DNA of 64,000 nucleotides from the human T2T-CHM13v2.0 reference genome, Homo sapiens: NCBI RefSeq assembly GCF_009914755.1, contig NC_060932.1. One strand, written 5' to 3'. Made by a program: the position numbers and the translations under genes. The notes below the pieces were generated by a model. That model did not search any database and was not told the DNA's origin. It saw only the letters and a list, made by a program, of their open reading frames with translations. Positions 1-13,559 of this stretch are shown here, one piece after another; position 1 is the first letter of the stretch, and each line of letters opens with the position of its first letter.

Positions 1-329
1 TTGATTTTGATTCTCACTTATCCTTGCCTTTATTTCCTGTAGTTTGCTATGTTGACTATGTTTTAATTTTATTAAATTTTGGCTAATTAACTAACATGTA
101 GTAGTTTTCCATTTTGCTAGACATTTACATTTTGATTTTAGGATCCTTATATTAACAATATTTCTTTATTCAATTCTATACTCAAATTGTAAATTCAACA
201 CCACATTGAAGGTATAAGAGAGAGCAAAAGAAGGTTCTACCCAAAGGAACTTACTCTCTAGGAAGGAATGTACATGTACTAAACAAGTGAAAAAGTAATC
301 AAAGTGCTTATTGTGCTAAGTACTATGGG

Positions 330-1235
330 AACTAAGCAAAGCAATGAGTTGGAGAATAAGTAGGGGAAACATCCAAATAAGCTCAATTAGAAATGAAGTG
401 GGAGATATTACAACAGATACCACAGGCATACAAAGACATACAAAAAAATCATTCAATGCTACTATGAACACCTGTATGTGCATAAAAAAAGACATAACAA
501 CAACAAAATCTACAGACAAATATCCCTGATGAACATAGATGCAAAAATCCTCAACAAAATACTAGCTAACCAAATCCAACAGCATATCAAAAAGATAATC
601 CACCATGATCAAGTGGGTTTCATACCAGGGATGCAGAGATGGTTTAACATACACAAGTCAATAGATACGATACACCACGTAAACAGAATTAAAAACAAAA
701 ATCACATAATCATCTTAATGGATGCAGGAAAAGCATTTAACAAAATCCAGCATCCCTTTATGATTAAAACCCTCAGCAAAATAAGCCTAGAAGCAACATA
801 CCTTAAGGTAATAAAAGCCATCTATGACAAACCCACAACCAATCATTATACTGAATGGGGAAAAGCTGAAAGCTTTCCCCCTGAGAGCTGGAACAAGACA
901 AGGATGTCTACTTTCACCACTTCTATGTAACAAAGTACTGGAAGCCCTAGACAGAGCAATCAGACAAGAGAAAGAAATAAAGGGCATCCAAATTGGTAAA
1001 GAGGAAGTCAAACTGTCGCTCTTCGCTGATGATATGATTGTACACCTAGAAAACCCTAAAGACTCATCCAAAACGCCCCTGAATCTGATAAATGAATTCA
1101 ATAAAGCTTCAAGATACAAAATTAGTGTAGAAAAATCAGTAGCACGGCTATACACAAACAGCGACCAAGCTGAGAATCAAATCAAGAACTCAATCCCTTT
1201 TATAACAGGTGCAAAAGAAATAAAATAAAATTTTA
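330..1235 (+). mobile_element. Old L1 (L1PB/L1MA-age) ORF2 reverse-transcriptase fragment, internally deleted and truncated
   Basis: ORFs 478-930 and 824-1228 give L1 ORF2p motifs ([35 protein letters not shown]). There is a frameshift near 840 and an apparent internal deletion near 487. Confidence 0.93.
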
Positions 1236-1589
1236 AGGAGAGGAGTAACATTTGGGATTAATGTGTATTCTGGGAATCTCAACAAAGTAAGTGCATAGTT
1301 TGAGTTTTCATAAGACTTCTGCACAGGCAGAGAGAAATAAGATCATGTCTATAGCTGTGTGATGATCATATTAAAAATATTACTAAGTTTTTAAATATCA
1401 TTTCAAATGGTTCATTTGTATCTCACATTGGACATAAGTAGATCGTAAGGTTAATGGAAAGTAGAAAAGTTAACTGACTTGCATGACCATAAAAGAGACA
1501 TCGATCTGAAAAAGAAACATTTATTCATTTACTTCAGCTGCAGTTTTCTTGACTGCTGAATTTCATGAAAAGGGATTGTTCAGGGAGGG

Positions 1590-4500
1590 TTATGGAGCTG
1601 AAGGTCCGGACAGGAGCTGGTGCTACCGCTGTTCAAATCTGAAGGTAGTGGAGATGGAGCCTTGGGGAGGAGATGGTGCTGCATTTTAAGTCTGAAAATC
1701 ATTGAGCTGGAGGTTCACGGAGGAGCCGGTGCTGCCACTGATGTCTTAGGTTGTAGAGCTGAAGACCAATTAAGGAGCTGGTGTTGCTGTTCTTCTGTGA
1801 GGGTCGTGGAGCTGGAGATCCAGTGGGGAGAGGTGTTCTAATTTGAGGGTCATGCAGCTGGAGACCTGGGAGAAACTGATGTTTTTTTAATTGGAGGGTC
1901 ATGGAGCTGGAGACTTGGGGAGGAGCTGGTGTTTTTCTAGTTTCAGAGTTGTGGAGCTGGAGACCCAGGGAGCAGCTGGTGTTTTTCTAATTTCAGGGTC
2001 TTGCAGCTGGAGACCTAGAGAAAAGCTGGTGTTTGTTACTTTGAGGGTCGTGCAGCTGCAGACTCTGGGAGGAGCAGGTGTTTCTTTAGTTTGAGGGTCG
2101 TGCAGCTGTAGAACCTGGAAGGAGCTGGTGTTTTTCTAGTTTGAGGGTCTTGCAGCTGAAGACCTGGGGAGGAACTGGTGTTTTCTTGTATGAGTGTCCT
2201 ACAGCTGGAGACCCAGAAAGGAGCTGGTGTTCTAGTTTGAGGTTCATGCAGCTGGAGACCTGGGAAGGAGCGGGTGTTTTTTAGTTTGAGGGTCGTGCAG
2301 CTGTAGAACCTGGGAGGAGCTGGCATTTTTCTAGTAGGAGTGTCGTGCAGCTGGAGACCCGGAGAGGAGCTGCTGTTCTAGTTTGAGGTTCGTGCAGCTG
2401 CAGACCCAGAGAGGAGCTGGTGTTTCTTTAGTTTGAGGGTTGTGCAGCTGTAGAACCTGGGAGGAGCTGGCATTATTCTTGTATGAGTGTCCTGCAGCTG
2501 GAGACCCAGAGAGGAGCTGATGTTGCTCTAGTTTGAGAGTCTTGGTGCTGGAGACCCAGAGAGGAGCTGATGTTCTAGTTTGAGGTTTGTGCAGCTGGAG
2601 ACCTGGGGAGGAGTGGGTGTTTTTTAGTTTGAAGGTCGTGCAGCTGTAGAACCTTGGAGGAGCTGGCATTTTTCTAGTATGAGTGTCCTGCATCTGGCGA
2701 GCCAGAGAGGAGCTGATGTTTTAGTTTGAAGATCGCACAGCTGAAGACTCGAGGAGGAGCTGATGTTGCTCTAATTTGAGGTTCATGCAGCTGGAGACCT
2801 GGGGAAGAGAGAGTGTTTTTTAATATGAGGGTCGTCCAGCTGTAGAATTCGGAAAGGGCTGGCATTTTTCTAGTATGAGTTTCCTGCAACTGGAGACTCG
2901 GAGAGGAGCTGATGTTCTAGTTTGAGGGTCGTGCATCTGAAGACTCGGGGAGAAGCTGATGTTTTTGTTTGAGGGCCCTGCAGCTGGAGACCCAAAGAGG
3001 AGCTGGTGTTGTTCTAGTTTGTGGTTCATGCAGCTGGAGACCTGGGGAGGAGCAGGTGTTTTTTAGTTCTACAGTCCTGTAGCTCTAGAACCCGGGAGGA
3101 GCTGGCATTTTTCTAGTATGAGTGTCGTGCAGCTGGAGACCTGGAGAGGAGCTGATGTTCTAGTTTGAGGGTCGTGCTGCTGAAGGCGCAGGGAGGAGCT
3201 GATGTTCTAGTTTGAGGGTCGTGCTGCTGAAGATGCAGGGAGGAGCTGATGTTCTAGATTGAGGGTTGTGCTGCTGAAGATGCAGGGAGGAGCTGATGTT
3301 CTAGTTTGAGGGTCGTGCAGCTGGAGACCTGGGGAGGAGCTGATGTTGTTCTAGTTTGAGGCTTCTGCGTCTGGAGACTCAGGTGGGAGTTGATGTTTTA
3401 CTGATCAGAGGGTCATGGAGCTGGAGACACAGGGAGTAGTTGATGTTTTCCTTGTTAGAGGGTCATGGAGCTGCAGACCCGTGGAGGAGCTGGTGCTGCT
3501 CTTGTTTAAGTCTGAGGGTCGTGGAGCTGGAGATCCAAGGAGGAGCTGATGTTGCTCTTGTTTAAGTCTGAGGGTCGTGGAGCTGGAGTTCCAAGGAGGA
3601 GCTGATGTTGTTTTAGTTTGAGGGTCATGGAGCTGGAAACCTGAGGAGGAGCTGACGCTGTTCTAGTTTGAGGGTCACGGAGCTGGAGGCCAGGGGAGAA
3701 GCTGATGTTGCTCTAGTTTGAGGTTTGTGGAGCTGGAGACCCAGGGGGCAGCTGGTGTTTCTCTAGTTTGAGGGTCATGCAGCTGACCCTCAATCGACCT
3801 CAAACTAGAAAAACACTCCTCCCCCCAGATCTCCAGCTACACAAACCCTCAAACTAGAACAACGTCAGCTCCTCCTCGGGTCTCCAGCTGTAAGACCCTC
3901 AAACTAGAGGAAAACCAGCGCCTCCCTGGGTGTCCAGCTCCATGACCCTGAAACTGGAAAAACACCAGCTCCTCCCTGAGTGTCCAGCTCATGACGCTCA
4001 AACTAGATTAAAATCAGCTCCTTCCCAGGTGTCCAGGTGCATGACCCTCAAACTAGAAAAATCCAGGGAGTTTTTTTAGTTTGCTGCTGTTTTTCCAGTT
4101 TGAGGGTCGTGCAGCTGGAGACCGAGGAGGAGCTGACGTTGTTCTAGTTTGAGGGTCGTGGAGCTTGGAGACCCAGAGAGGAGCTGGTGTTTTTCTAGTT
4201 TCAGGGTCATGTAGCTGGAGACCCGGGGAGAAGCTGATGCTGTTCTAATTTGAGAGACGTGGAGCTGGAGACCCGGAGAGGAGCTGATGGTGTTCTAGTT
4301 TGATGGTTGTAGAGCTGGAGACCCAGGGAGGAGCTAATGTTCTAGTTTGAGGGTCGTGTAGCTGGAGACCTGGGGAGGAGCTGAAGATCTGGTTTGAGGT
4401 TCGTGCAGCTGGAGACCCTGGGAGGAGCTGATGTTCTAGTTTGAGGGTCTTGCAGCTGGAGACCCTGGGAGGAGCTGATGTTCTAGTTTGAGGGTTGTGC

Positions 4501-5870
4501 AGCTGCAGACCTGGGGAGGAGCTGGTGTTGTTCTAGTTTGAGTGACTGGGTCCTCAAATCTGAGGGTCCTGGAGCTGGAATCTATGGGAGGAGCCAATGC
4601 TGCCACTGATGTCTTAGGTTGTGGAGCTGAAGACCCGTGGAGAAGCCAGTGTTGGTGTTTTAGTTTGTGGGTCATGGTGCTGGAGACCCAGGGAGGAGCT
4701 GATGGTATCCTAGTTGAGGGTCATGTAGCTGGCAACCCAGGGAGGAGCTGATCCTTCTGTTGTTTAAGTCTGAAGGTCGTCAAGCTGGAGATCCGGGGAA
4801 GAGTTGGTGCTGCGGTTCAAGTCTGAGGGTCCTGGAGCTTGAGCCCCCAGGAGGAGATGGTGCTGCCACTAATGTCTTAGGTTGTAAAGCTGGACACCCA
4901 TGGAGGAGCCAGTGTTGCTGTTCTAGTGTGAGGTTTGTGGAGCTGGAGATCCAGGGGTGAGTGGCGTTGTTCTAGTTTGAGGATCGTGGAGTTGGAGACC
5001 CAGGGAGGAGCTGATGTTGTTCTAGTTTGAGGCTCGAGTAGATGGAGACCCTGGGAGGAGTTCATGTTCTAGTTTGAGGGTCATGCAGCTGGAGACCCTG
5101 GGAGGAGCTGATGCTCTAGTTTCAGTATTGTGCAGCTGGAGACCGGGGAGGAGCTGATGTTGTTCTAGTTTGAGGTTCATGCAGCTGGAAACCCTGGGAG
5201 GAGCTGATATTCTAATTTGAGGGTCGTGCAGCTGGAGACCCGCGGAGGAGCTGATGTTGTTCTAGTTTAAGTGTCGTGCAGCTGGAGTTCCAGGGAGCAG
5301 GTGGTTTTGCAGTTCAATCTGAGGGTCCTAGAGCTGGAATCTATGGGAGGAGCCAATGCTGCCACTGATGTCTTAGGTTGTGGAGCTGAAGAGCTGTAGA
5401 GGAGCCGGTATTGGTGTTCTAGTGTGAGGTTTGTGGAGATGGAGATCCAGGGGTGAGCACTGTTGTTCTAGTTTGAGGGTCATGGAGTTGGAGACCCTGG
5501 GAGGAGCTGATGTTGTTCTAGTTTGAGGGTTGTGGAGCTGGAGACCTGGGGAGGAGCTGGTGTAGTTCTAATTTGAGGGTCGTGGAGCTGGAGACCCACG
5601 GATGAGCTGGTGCTGCTGTTGTTTAAGTCTGAGGGTCATGGAGCTGGAGATCCAGGGAAGAGTTGGTGCTGTGGTTCAAGTCTGAGGGTCCTGGAACTGG
5701 AGCCCCCGGGAGGAGTAAGTACTGCCACTGATGTCTTAGGTTTTGGAGCCGTACACATGTGGAGAAGGTGGGCTGGTGTTCTAGTTTGAGGTTCATGGAG
5801 CTGGAGTCCTGGTCAGGAGCCAGTGATGCTGTTCAAGTCTGAAGTTTGTGGAGCTAAACATGGAGCTACT
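1590..5870. repeat. Tandem satellite/VNTR array of 47-50 bp monomers (D20S16-like by recall)
   Basis: Repeating unit ~ttctagtttgagggtcgtgcagctggagacctggggaggagctgatg(ttg), with dozens of diverged copies over ~4.3 kb. D20S16 is described as a 98-bp dimer of 49-bp units. The family name is recalled, not searched. Confidence 0.9.
3784..4062 (-). repeat. Inverted block of satellite monomers inside the array
   Basis: About 6 units read as the reverse complement (ccctcaaactagaacaacgtcagctcctcctcgggtctccagctg), flanked on both sides by forward units. Confidence 0.95.
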
Positions 5871-6050
5871 GTTGGGGAAGTAGAGAGAGACAGAGTTACA
5901 GGATGCCACTTGAAACTGTAGATGTAGCTGAATCCCAAGCAAGTTAATCCTGGGAACTTCTCAGTCCTCGTGATCAACGCATTCTTTTTTCTCTTACACA
6001 GTTTGGATTTGGTTTCTGTCTCACAAGACAGAAAGACCCTGATTAATACC
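5870..6050 (+). mobile_element. MLT1 (MaLR) LTR 3' end remnant
   Basis: ...ttttttctcttacacagtttggatttggtttctgtctcacaagacagaaagaccctgattaatac resembles the MLT1J/K-type LTR terminus. Confidence 0.65.
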
Positions 6051-6299
6051 CTCAGAAATTGAAAAGCTTAAAAAAAAACTAAATGATATTGGTATAATAA
6101 TAATAGAAATTAAACTATGATTATCCTGACAGAGACAAAATCACACACCACACACAATATATATTGTTTCAATCAGTAAAATGAAATATAAATTGAAAAA
6201 TACATCAATGCAAACCTATAAAAAGTTATTTCATGGAGAAGCGATGGATAACAGAGATTAATCTGAGAGTTACTATTAATGGAGAAACGTAGAACTTAC

Positions 6300-6605
6300 C
6301 ATTTTTCCTGTGAGTTTTTGGTGCTGATACTGATATTCTGTGAGTTCTGGCAGCTGAGTTTGTTCACACAGCCTGGTGATGCGGCAGGTGTCACAGAAGG
6401 ACCCTGTCCCAGCTGGTCCTGCTCCACTGCTATGATGAGTGCAGCCTCTGATCTCTGACTGCGTCTTGAGGGGAGACCAGGCCTTTGATCACAAGCATAT
6501 CCATGGTGAGATTCCGTGGATGGAACCTCATGGATGTTCCTGATGTTCCTTCCTGATGTTCATCTGCTGTCTTGCTATTTAATGCATCTTGTTTATAACT
6601 GTCTT
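6300..6605 (-). other. Candidate 306-nt spliced exon (lncRNA or duplicated gene fragment)
   Basis: On the minus strand: acceptor ctttatttccattcaatatttag|A at 6606/6605 and consensus donor ATG|GTAAGT at 6300/6299, with non-repeat sequence between them. Confidence 0.3.
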
Positions 6606-6779
6606 CTAAATATTGAATGGAAATAAAGCATTTGTACAATATGGTAAGGTATAAAGAATATCGACACATTGGACACAGAGGACCTCCACCAAGTTTAGGG
6701 AATAGAATCTGAAGAGACATAACTTTAGATGCTCCCTGGAGGCCCTGACTGAGTCCCAGCCCCTTCCCTTCTCCTACAG

Positions 6780-7979
<1,200 letters not shown>

Positions 7980-8669
7980 TGAATGTGCAGGATCTCCTCT
8001 CTGGTGGGAGAGGAGACAGAGAGGATAGAAGAACATGGAGAATTAGAGCCGAGAGGAGGTGGAGTCAGGGTGGGGTTGCAGGCTGCTGTGAGGACTTGGC
8101 GCCTTCTCTGAGTCAGGTGGGATTAGCAGGGGATTTAAACAAAGGAACCGTGGGATCTCCTTTATATATTTCTGCCATGGTTGGCTCAGCTGAATGCACC
8201 TCTTGAACAAGACTTGGTCTTGGACACCCAGAGGTCCACGGTTGAGGGTTTACCTCCTGGCGTGGCCACTGACACATCCACGTTTGGTGCCCACATGGCT
8301 GGGCAGCCCCGAGACCTGCTCTGCCTGGGCCTCTCATTGTTGGCATTTCTCAAGTTTGTCCCCTCTCAAGTCTGCCCCATCCAGAAAACCAAACACCTCT
8401 CTCTCCTACATGGAAACCCCCATCAGCATCTCCCCCTGACTCACAGGGCATCCCGTCAACATCACAGTCCTGACTTTCCCACACGGACAAGCCCACGGGA
8501 CCCCTCGATGGACCAGGACAGCACCAGCACTAAGACATCCCCTGAAACTCACAGGAAGACCGGACCAAGAAGATGGGAACTGCATAGGATGTGGGGAGCT
8601 GCAAATGCCCATGATACTGTCAGAGACAAAAAATATTATGGCCATGGCTGACACAAAATGTTACTCAAC

Positions 8670-9730
8670 ATTTATCACAGGCCTAAATGGAAAACAGAAT
8701 GCTATAAAACCTTTAGATAAAAACATGGGGGAAAATTTGTATCGCCTTGGGTTAGGCAAGAAGTTCTTAGACATGACACAAAAAGCATGATTCATAAAAG
8801 AAAAGATTGACAAATTAAATTTAGTCATAAATTTAAAATTAAAATTCTATAAAGCAATATAAAAAATCTAAAGAGAATGAAAACACAAACTATGGTCTAG
8901 AAAAAAGTATTTGTGAATCACACATCTCACAAAGTACTGGCACGCGGAATATACGAAGAACCATCAAAACTTAACCATAAGAAAGTAAAAACCCCAGTAT
9001 TAAAGAGAAGGCAAATATTTGAATGGAGCCTCATCAAAGAATAGATAAGGAGGGCATATTGCCCGAGAAAGACACTCAGCATCACAGAGATGTTGGAGAA
9101 ATGCTAATCAACAGTACCTCTGCAAATCTATTAAAATGGCTAAAAACAGACAAAAAACACTGGCCAGTCCAGGTTCCAGTGATGATGCAGAGGACCTGGG
9201 ACCCTCATAAGCTGCGGTGGGAATGGGAGGGGTCCCGCCATGCTGGAAAGTGGTCTGGGAGTTTCTTATTAAATTAAGCACATCCTTACCACGTCATCCA
9301 GCAACCCCACTCCTGGAACTCCCCCCAAGAGAAAACTTAAACGTGCACACATAAACCCGCACACAAGTGTTTAGGCTGGGCTTATTCCTCGCTGCCAATA
9401 ACTGGAAGAAAACAAAATGTCTATCGGCAGGAGAAGGTGTGAACCAACGCGGATGCTTCCACATGGGGGCACCAGCCAGCAGTGGAAAGATGCGCCCGTG
9501 ATGCACCAGCTCTCCCAGGTCACACACCCGGTGAAGGAAGCTAGTTTCGGTGGGCATAGGCCAAAGGATGCCGCCACATGATATCTTGGAGAAGACGGTG
9601 CTACCGTGCTGGGGAGCAGGGCGGGGGTTTTGAGGAGCTACGGGTGGAGGGACGAATGGAGGAGCTCTCTGGGGTGATGGTGTGAGCACCTGCACCTCAC
9701 TGTGGGTTGCTGCAGCTGAGAGGCTGTACA
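8670..9730 (+). mobile_element. Ancient L1M (L1MC/ME-type) 3' ORF2/3'UTR remnant
   Basis: ctataaaacctttagataaaaacatggggg...ccttgggttaggcaagaagttcttagacatgacacaaaaagca and cagcaaccccactcctgg motifs. Confidence 0.75.
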
Positions 9731-10338
9731 GCAAGCACTGGCTTTAGTACATGCAGACTGAAGGAGGAAGGCTCCCAAAAGTCAAAGACAAAGGATGTCA
9801 CTTCCACGAAACAAAAGCACACACACACAAAAACCTCCTAAAACTAAGAAAAAAACACAAAAATATTTCATAAGAGCGTTGGACTTTGAGTTGATATAAT
9901 CTACCTGGGAGCATGGAACTGAACATCAATTGAAGGGGCTCAGTACCTGGCTATCAGAAATTACAGATTTAAAAAGCGTCAGGGAGGAAATAATTTCTGC
10001 AAATGAGGTTGCTTTTCTCCAGATACCTGGCAGAGTAAGTTAAAGCAATATAGTAAAACAATGCACATCTTGATGGAATCTGAGGATCACAAAGTTGTGG
10101 TGAAGGAAATTTGAAGATGTCCAGAAAAGGAAGACAAATGAGATGAATCTTGCAGCTGCCCTTCAAGAGGGGCATGCACCAGGTGGCAGTGATTCTCCGT
10201 GATGTTACAGGAATTCTCCTGGCTGGGTCCTCAGGAGCCTTTTCTTCCCATCCACACTCACCTCCCAGGGTGACTGGTATGGGTCCCTGGTGGTCATGAC
10301 TGCATTCAGGGCAGGGGGCCTGCTGAGGCTGCTCTCCC

Positions 10339-10820
10339 TGTTCCTGAAATGCACGGGTTTGGTCCAGATCCCGCTGCTCACCACACAAAAAGCCAATCAC
10401 TGAGACAATGGTTACTGCCAATGAAGAAGGCATTCATCAGGAGTGGCAGCCCAGGAGATGGGAGATCAGCCTCAAATCCATCTTCCTGACTGACTACATA
10501 GTAGGGAAGAAATGTGACTATGTATAAGGAAAACAGGAATTAGAGAGAGTGAGGAAGAGAAGTTGGTCAGGAGGAGACAGGCGGCTGGTCAGGCACTCAT
10601 GACGGGTGAGGGGTCTGGCGTCTCACTGTCCAGATGCCATGATCTGGTGAGTCTCTGTTCCTTCACACTACCTGGGAGGCCTGATGGTCAGTTTCCTGAG
10701 AAAGGAACCCAAATAAGACAAATGTCAATTTCTCAAGTTTCAAGACCACAAGGATCCATTTCTATGTTACTCAGAGAAACCATGAACATCAGTTCTACGG
10801 GAAAATTGGGCCAGTTCAAC
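10339..10820 (-). mobile_element. ERV1 solo LTR, LOR1-like
   Basis: ggtccagatcccgctgctcaccacacaaaaagccaatcactgagacaa...ggagatgggagatcagcctcaaatccatct matches the recalled LOR1 LTR (antisense). Confidence 0.7.
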
Positions 10821-12069
10821 ACCAGATCTGATCTGCCATGACGCCTGCTGCTCAGCCCTCAGATAAGGCCCAGAATCCAGTGTTTTTCCCCCACCCCAGC
10901 CTGACCCCACACCCACACCTCCCCACTTCACCCTGGGCCTCATTGCTCTCCTGCCGCAGAGGTGTCAGGGAGCTGCACATGGCCTGTGTGCACCTGGACA
11001 CGTGGCATATTTCAGATGCACCTGGTGTCACGTTTGCACAAACCCAAGTGGGAAGAGATCCAAATGCATGTTCACCGCAGACAGCTGAGGACATCCCAGC
11101 AAGTCCCTCAGTGGAGTCAGCCAGCGCAAGGCGAGTGAGGGACCTCCGGAGATGTGAATGGGTCTCAGAGAGTGTGTGAGTGGAGCAGCAAAAACATATG
11201 CTGCTAATTAATTCAGTCCTGTTGAGCTTACAATAGTCCACGTCAAAAAGAATGTTTGGGGCTGCAGTAATTGAGTGGACAGTTGCAAACAAGGCAAGGG
11301 AAGGAGGACCAGAGAGGTGAAGAGGACACTCCCTTCGGGGGTGGAGAGAGTAAGACCTGGCATTGCACATGGGTGGGGGGGGCTTGTCGAGGCCCCTCTT
11401 TGCTTCTGAGAGTCTGTTTTCATGGACAGTCTTCTACAAAAGGTACATGGCAGTTTTTCAGGGCCAGGGTCACCAGGATTCATCTTTAAGCCTCCCCAGC
11501 CTGGGAGGCACCACCTCCACCAGCCCCGTCCGCACAGTCTTATCTCATCTCAGGTTCCCTGGAGCCCGACCTTCCATGCACAGCCTCCTGGTCTGGGCGT
11601 CTCACCTCCATCCACACAAGTGGTTCAGGGAGGGTGGAGTGTCTGGTGCTCTGCGCTGGAGGCTCAGCCCGCACTGGGCCAGGCCATCGCAGGCCTCACA
11701 GATGAATGAAGCATGAATAAATCCCGATCCTGTTATCACAGCTTCTCCCCATGCATCCCCAGCAGAACATTGTGTAAAAACTACACCAGGATTCGTACAT
11801 GCCAGAGGACCGAACTTTCGTGTGTTGAAGATAATTTATCTTTCTGAATCACTACAGATCTACCAAGCGGTTAACCACAGAATAATCACAGGGGAGAGTC
11901 TGAGTGCTGACCTAAGAGAACCTTACACTGCTTCAGTTACCCTTTAAAATTAAAGGGTATTGACTTCATAATTTTGTTTTGTTTCTCTTCTAAATGAGAC
12001 TGTCATGGAAAAAACAGCTATGTAGGCGATGGCTTTGTATACCTTTAGATGGAAATGTCAGCTCAATTA

Positions 12070-12310
12070 TTTCAAGTGTAAAAGTGTTTCAGCTTTTTTG
12101 AGGTATAATTGATATACAAAGAGCTGCAGACATTCAATGTGTACACTTTGGTGAGGCTTGACATGAGCAAACACCCATGAAATCATCACCAAATCAAAGC
12201 AATTGAGGAATTCTACACCTCCTGGAGGCTTCCTTGTGCCTGTGCCCATGGTGAGAACACAGCATGAGATCTTCCTTCTCAGGCAATCGCAAATGGGCAA
12301 CAAGAAAATA
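12070..12310 (-). mobile_element. L1M 3'UTR fragment
   Basis: cagcttttttgaggtataattgatatac...cacccatgaaatcatcacc, a typical antisense L1M 3' end. Confidence 0.7.
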
Positions 12311-12556
12311 AGAGGAGGTCACCTTATGAACACACACCCTGTGACTTAATTGTTGATCTTTTTAACCTGGGCCTCACATTGTTCATTCAGAATATGTCAA
12401 AGACTTTAGAAGTCATCTAACATATCAGTAATTTAAAGTCCTCTAATACAAAAAGTATAGAATATTACCTTTTGTCACATAGCAATAGGGAAATGAAAAA
12501 AGAAAACTGACTTATGTTCTTTAATGGCTAGGAAAATATTCTTAAAAAGATATCTC

Positions 12557-12919
<363 letters not shown>

Positions 12920-13559
12920 CTAACAAATGACAAATTTATTTCTTTACATAGATAAATATAAGGTTAGATCCATGTAAGTAAATGAAGCCATTAAGGGTAG
13001 AGTCCCACAGATCACAGAACTGACCCAGCAACCAGCTCTGCTAACGATTTCGGGGAGTAATTTCCAGGCAGAGGTCGAGCTGGAGAAGCTGGGGACCATC
13101 GTAGTCCCCCTGTCCTTCCTGCCTCATAGGGTCTCTGAGGGGTGCCTGGAACATTTCCTCTTGGGCTTTGAAGATCATTTCACTTATACGCGACATTTTC
13201 CAGGTGCCACAGACCTAAGCCCAGAAACTTCACAGTACCAAGACCACCCGAGAGCCGGGGTCACCTGAGAGAGGGCAGGGGGTAGACAGTGGCTCCCCAG
13301 GAGTGAGTACCAGGTATTGTCAGGGTTTCTCTCCCCAGCACATTTACAAGGGGACTTGATGGGTTCTTCTTCCTTCGGGAGCAATCCCAGTGGGCAGAAG
13401 GAGGGGAAGGGAGGCCTGGCAGACTCTCCTCCCCAGCTCCGTTCCAAGATCGACGGGGCTCTGGCAGGCCCACGTCACCTGCAGGTGAGAGATTAGGGTT
13501 CCTCCCTGGCCTCGCTGCTCTCAGGCCCTCATGGGCACCTCTCCCCACCCTCTCAGCTG

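Noticed and set aside
1590-5870. CRISPR-like array or repetitive protein gene
   Set aside because: The units are contiguous diverged monomers with no unique spacers and no cas genes, in a primate context. The ORFs are short, occur on both strands and are broken by 47/50-bp unit lengths.
8181-8651. 156-aa ORF and other 100-180 aa ORFs across 8-22 kb
   Set aside because: They overlap on both strands, have no recognisable domain, and are expected by chance in GC-rich DNA.
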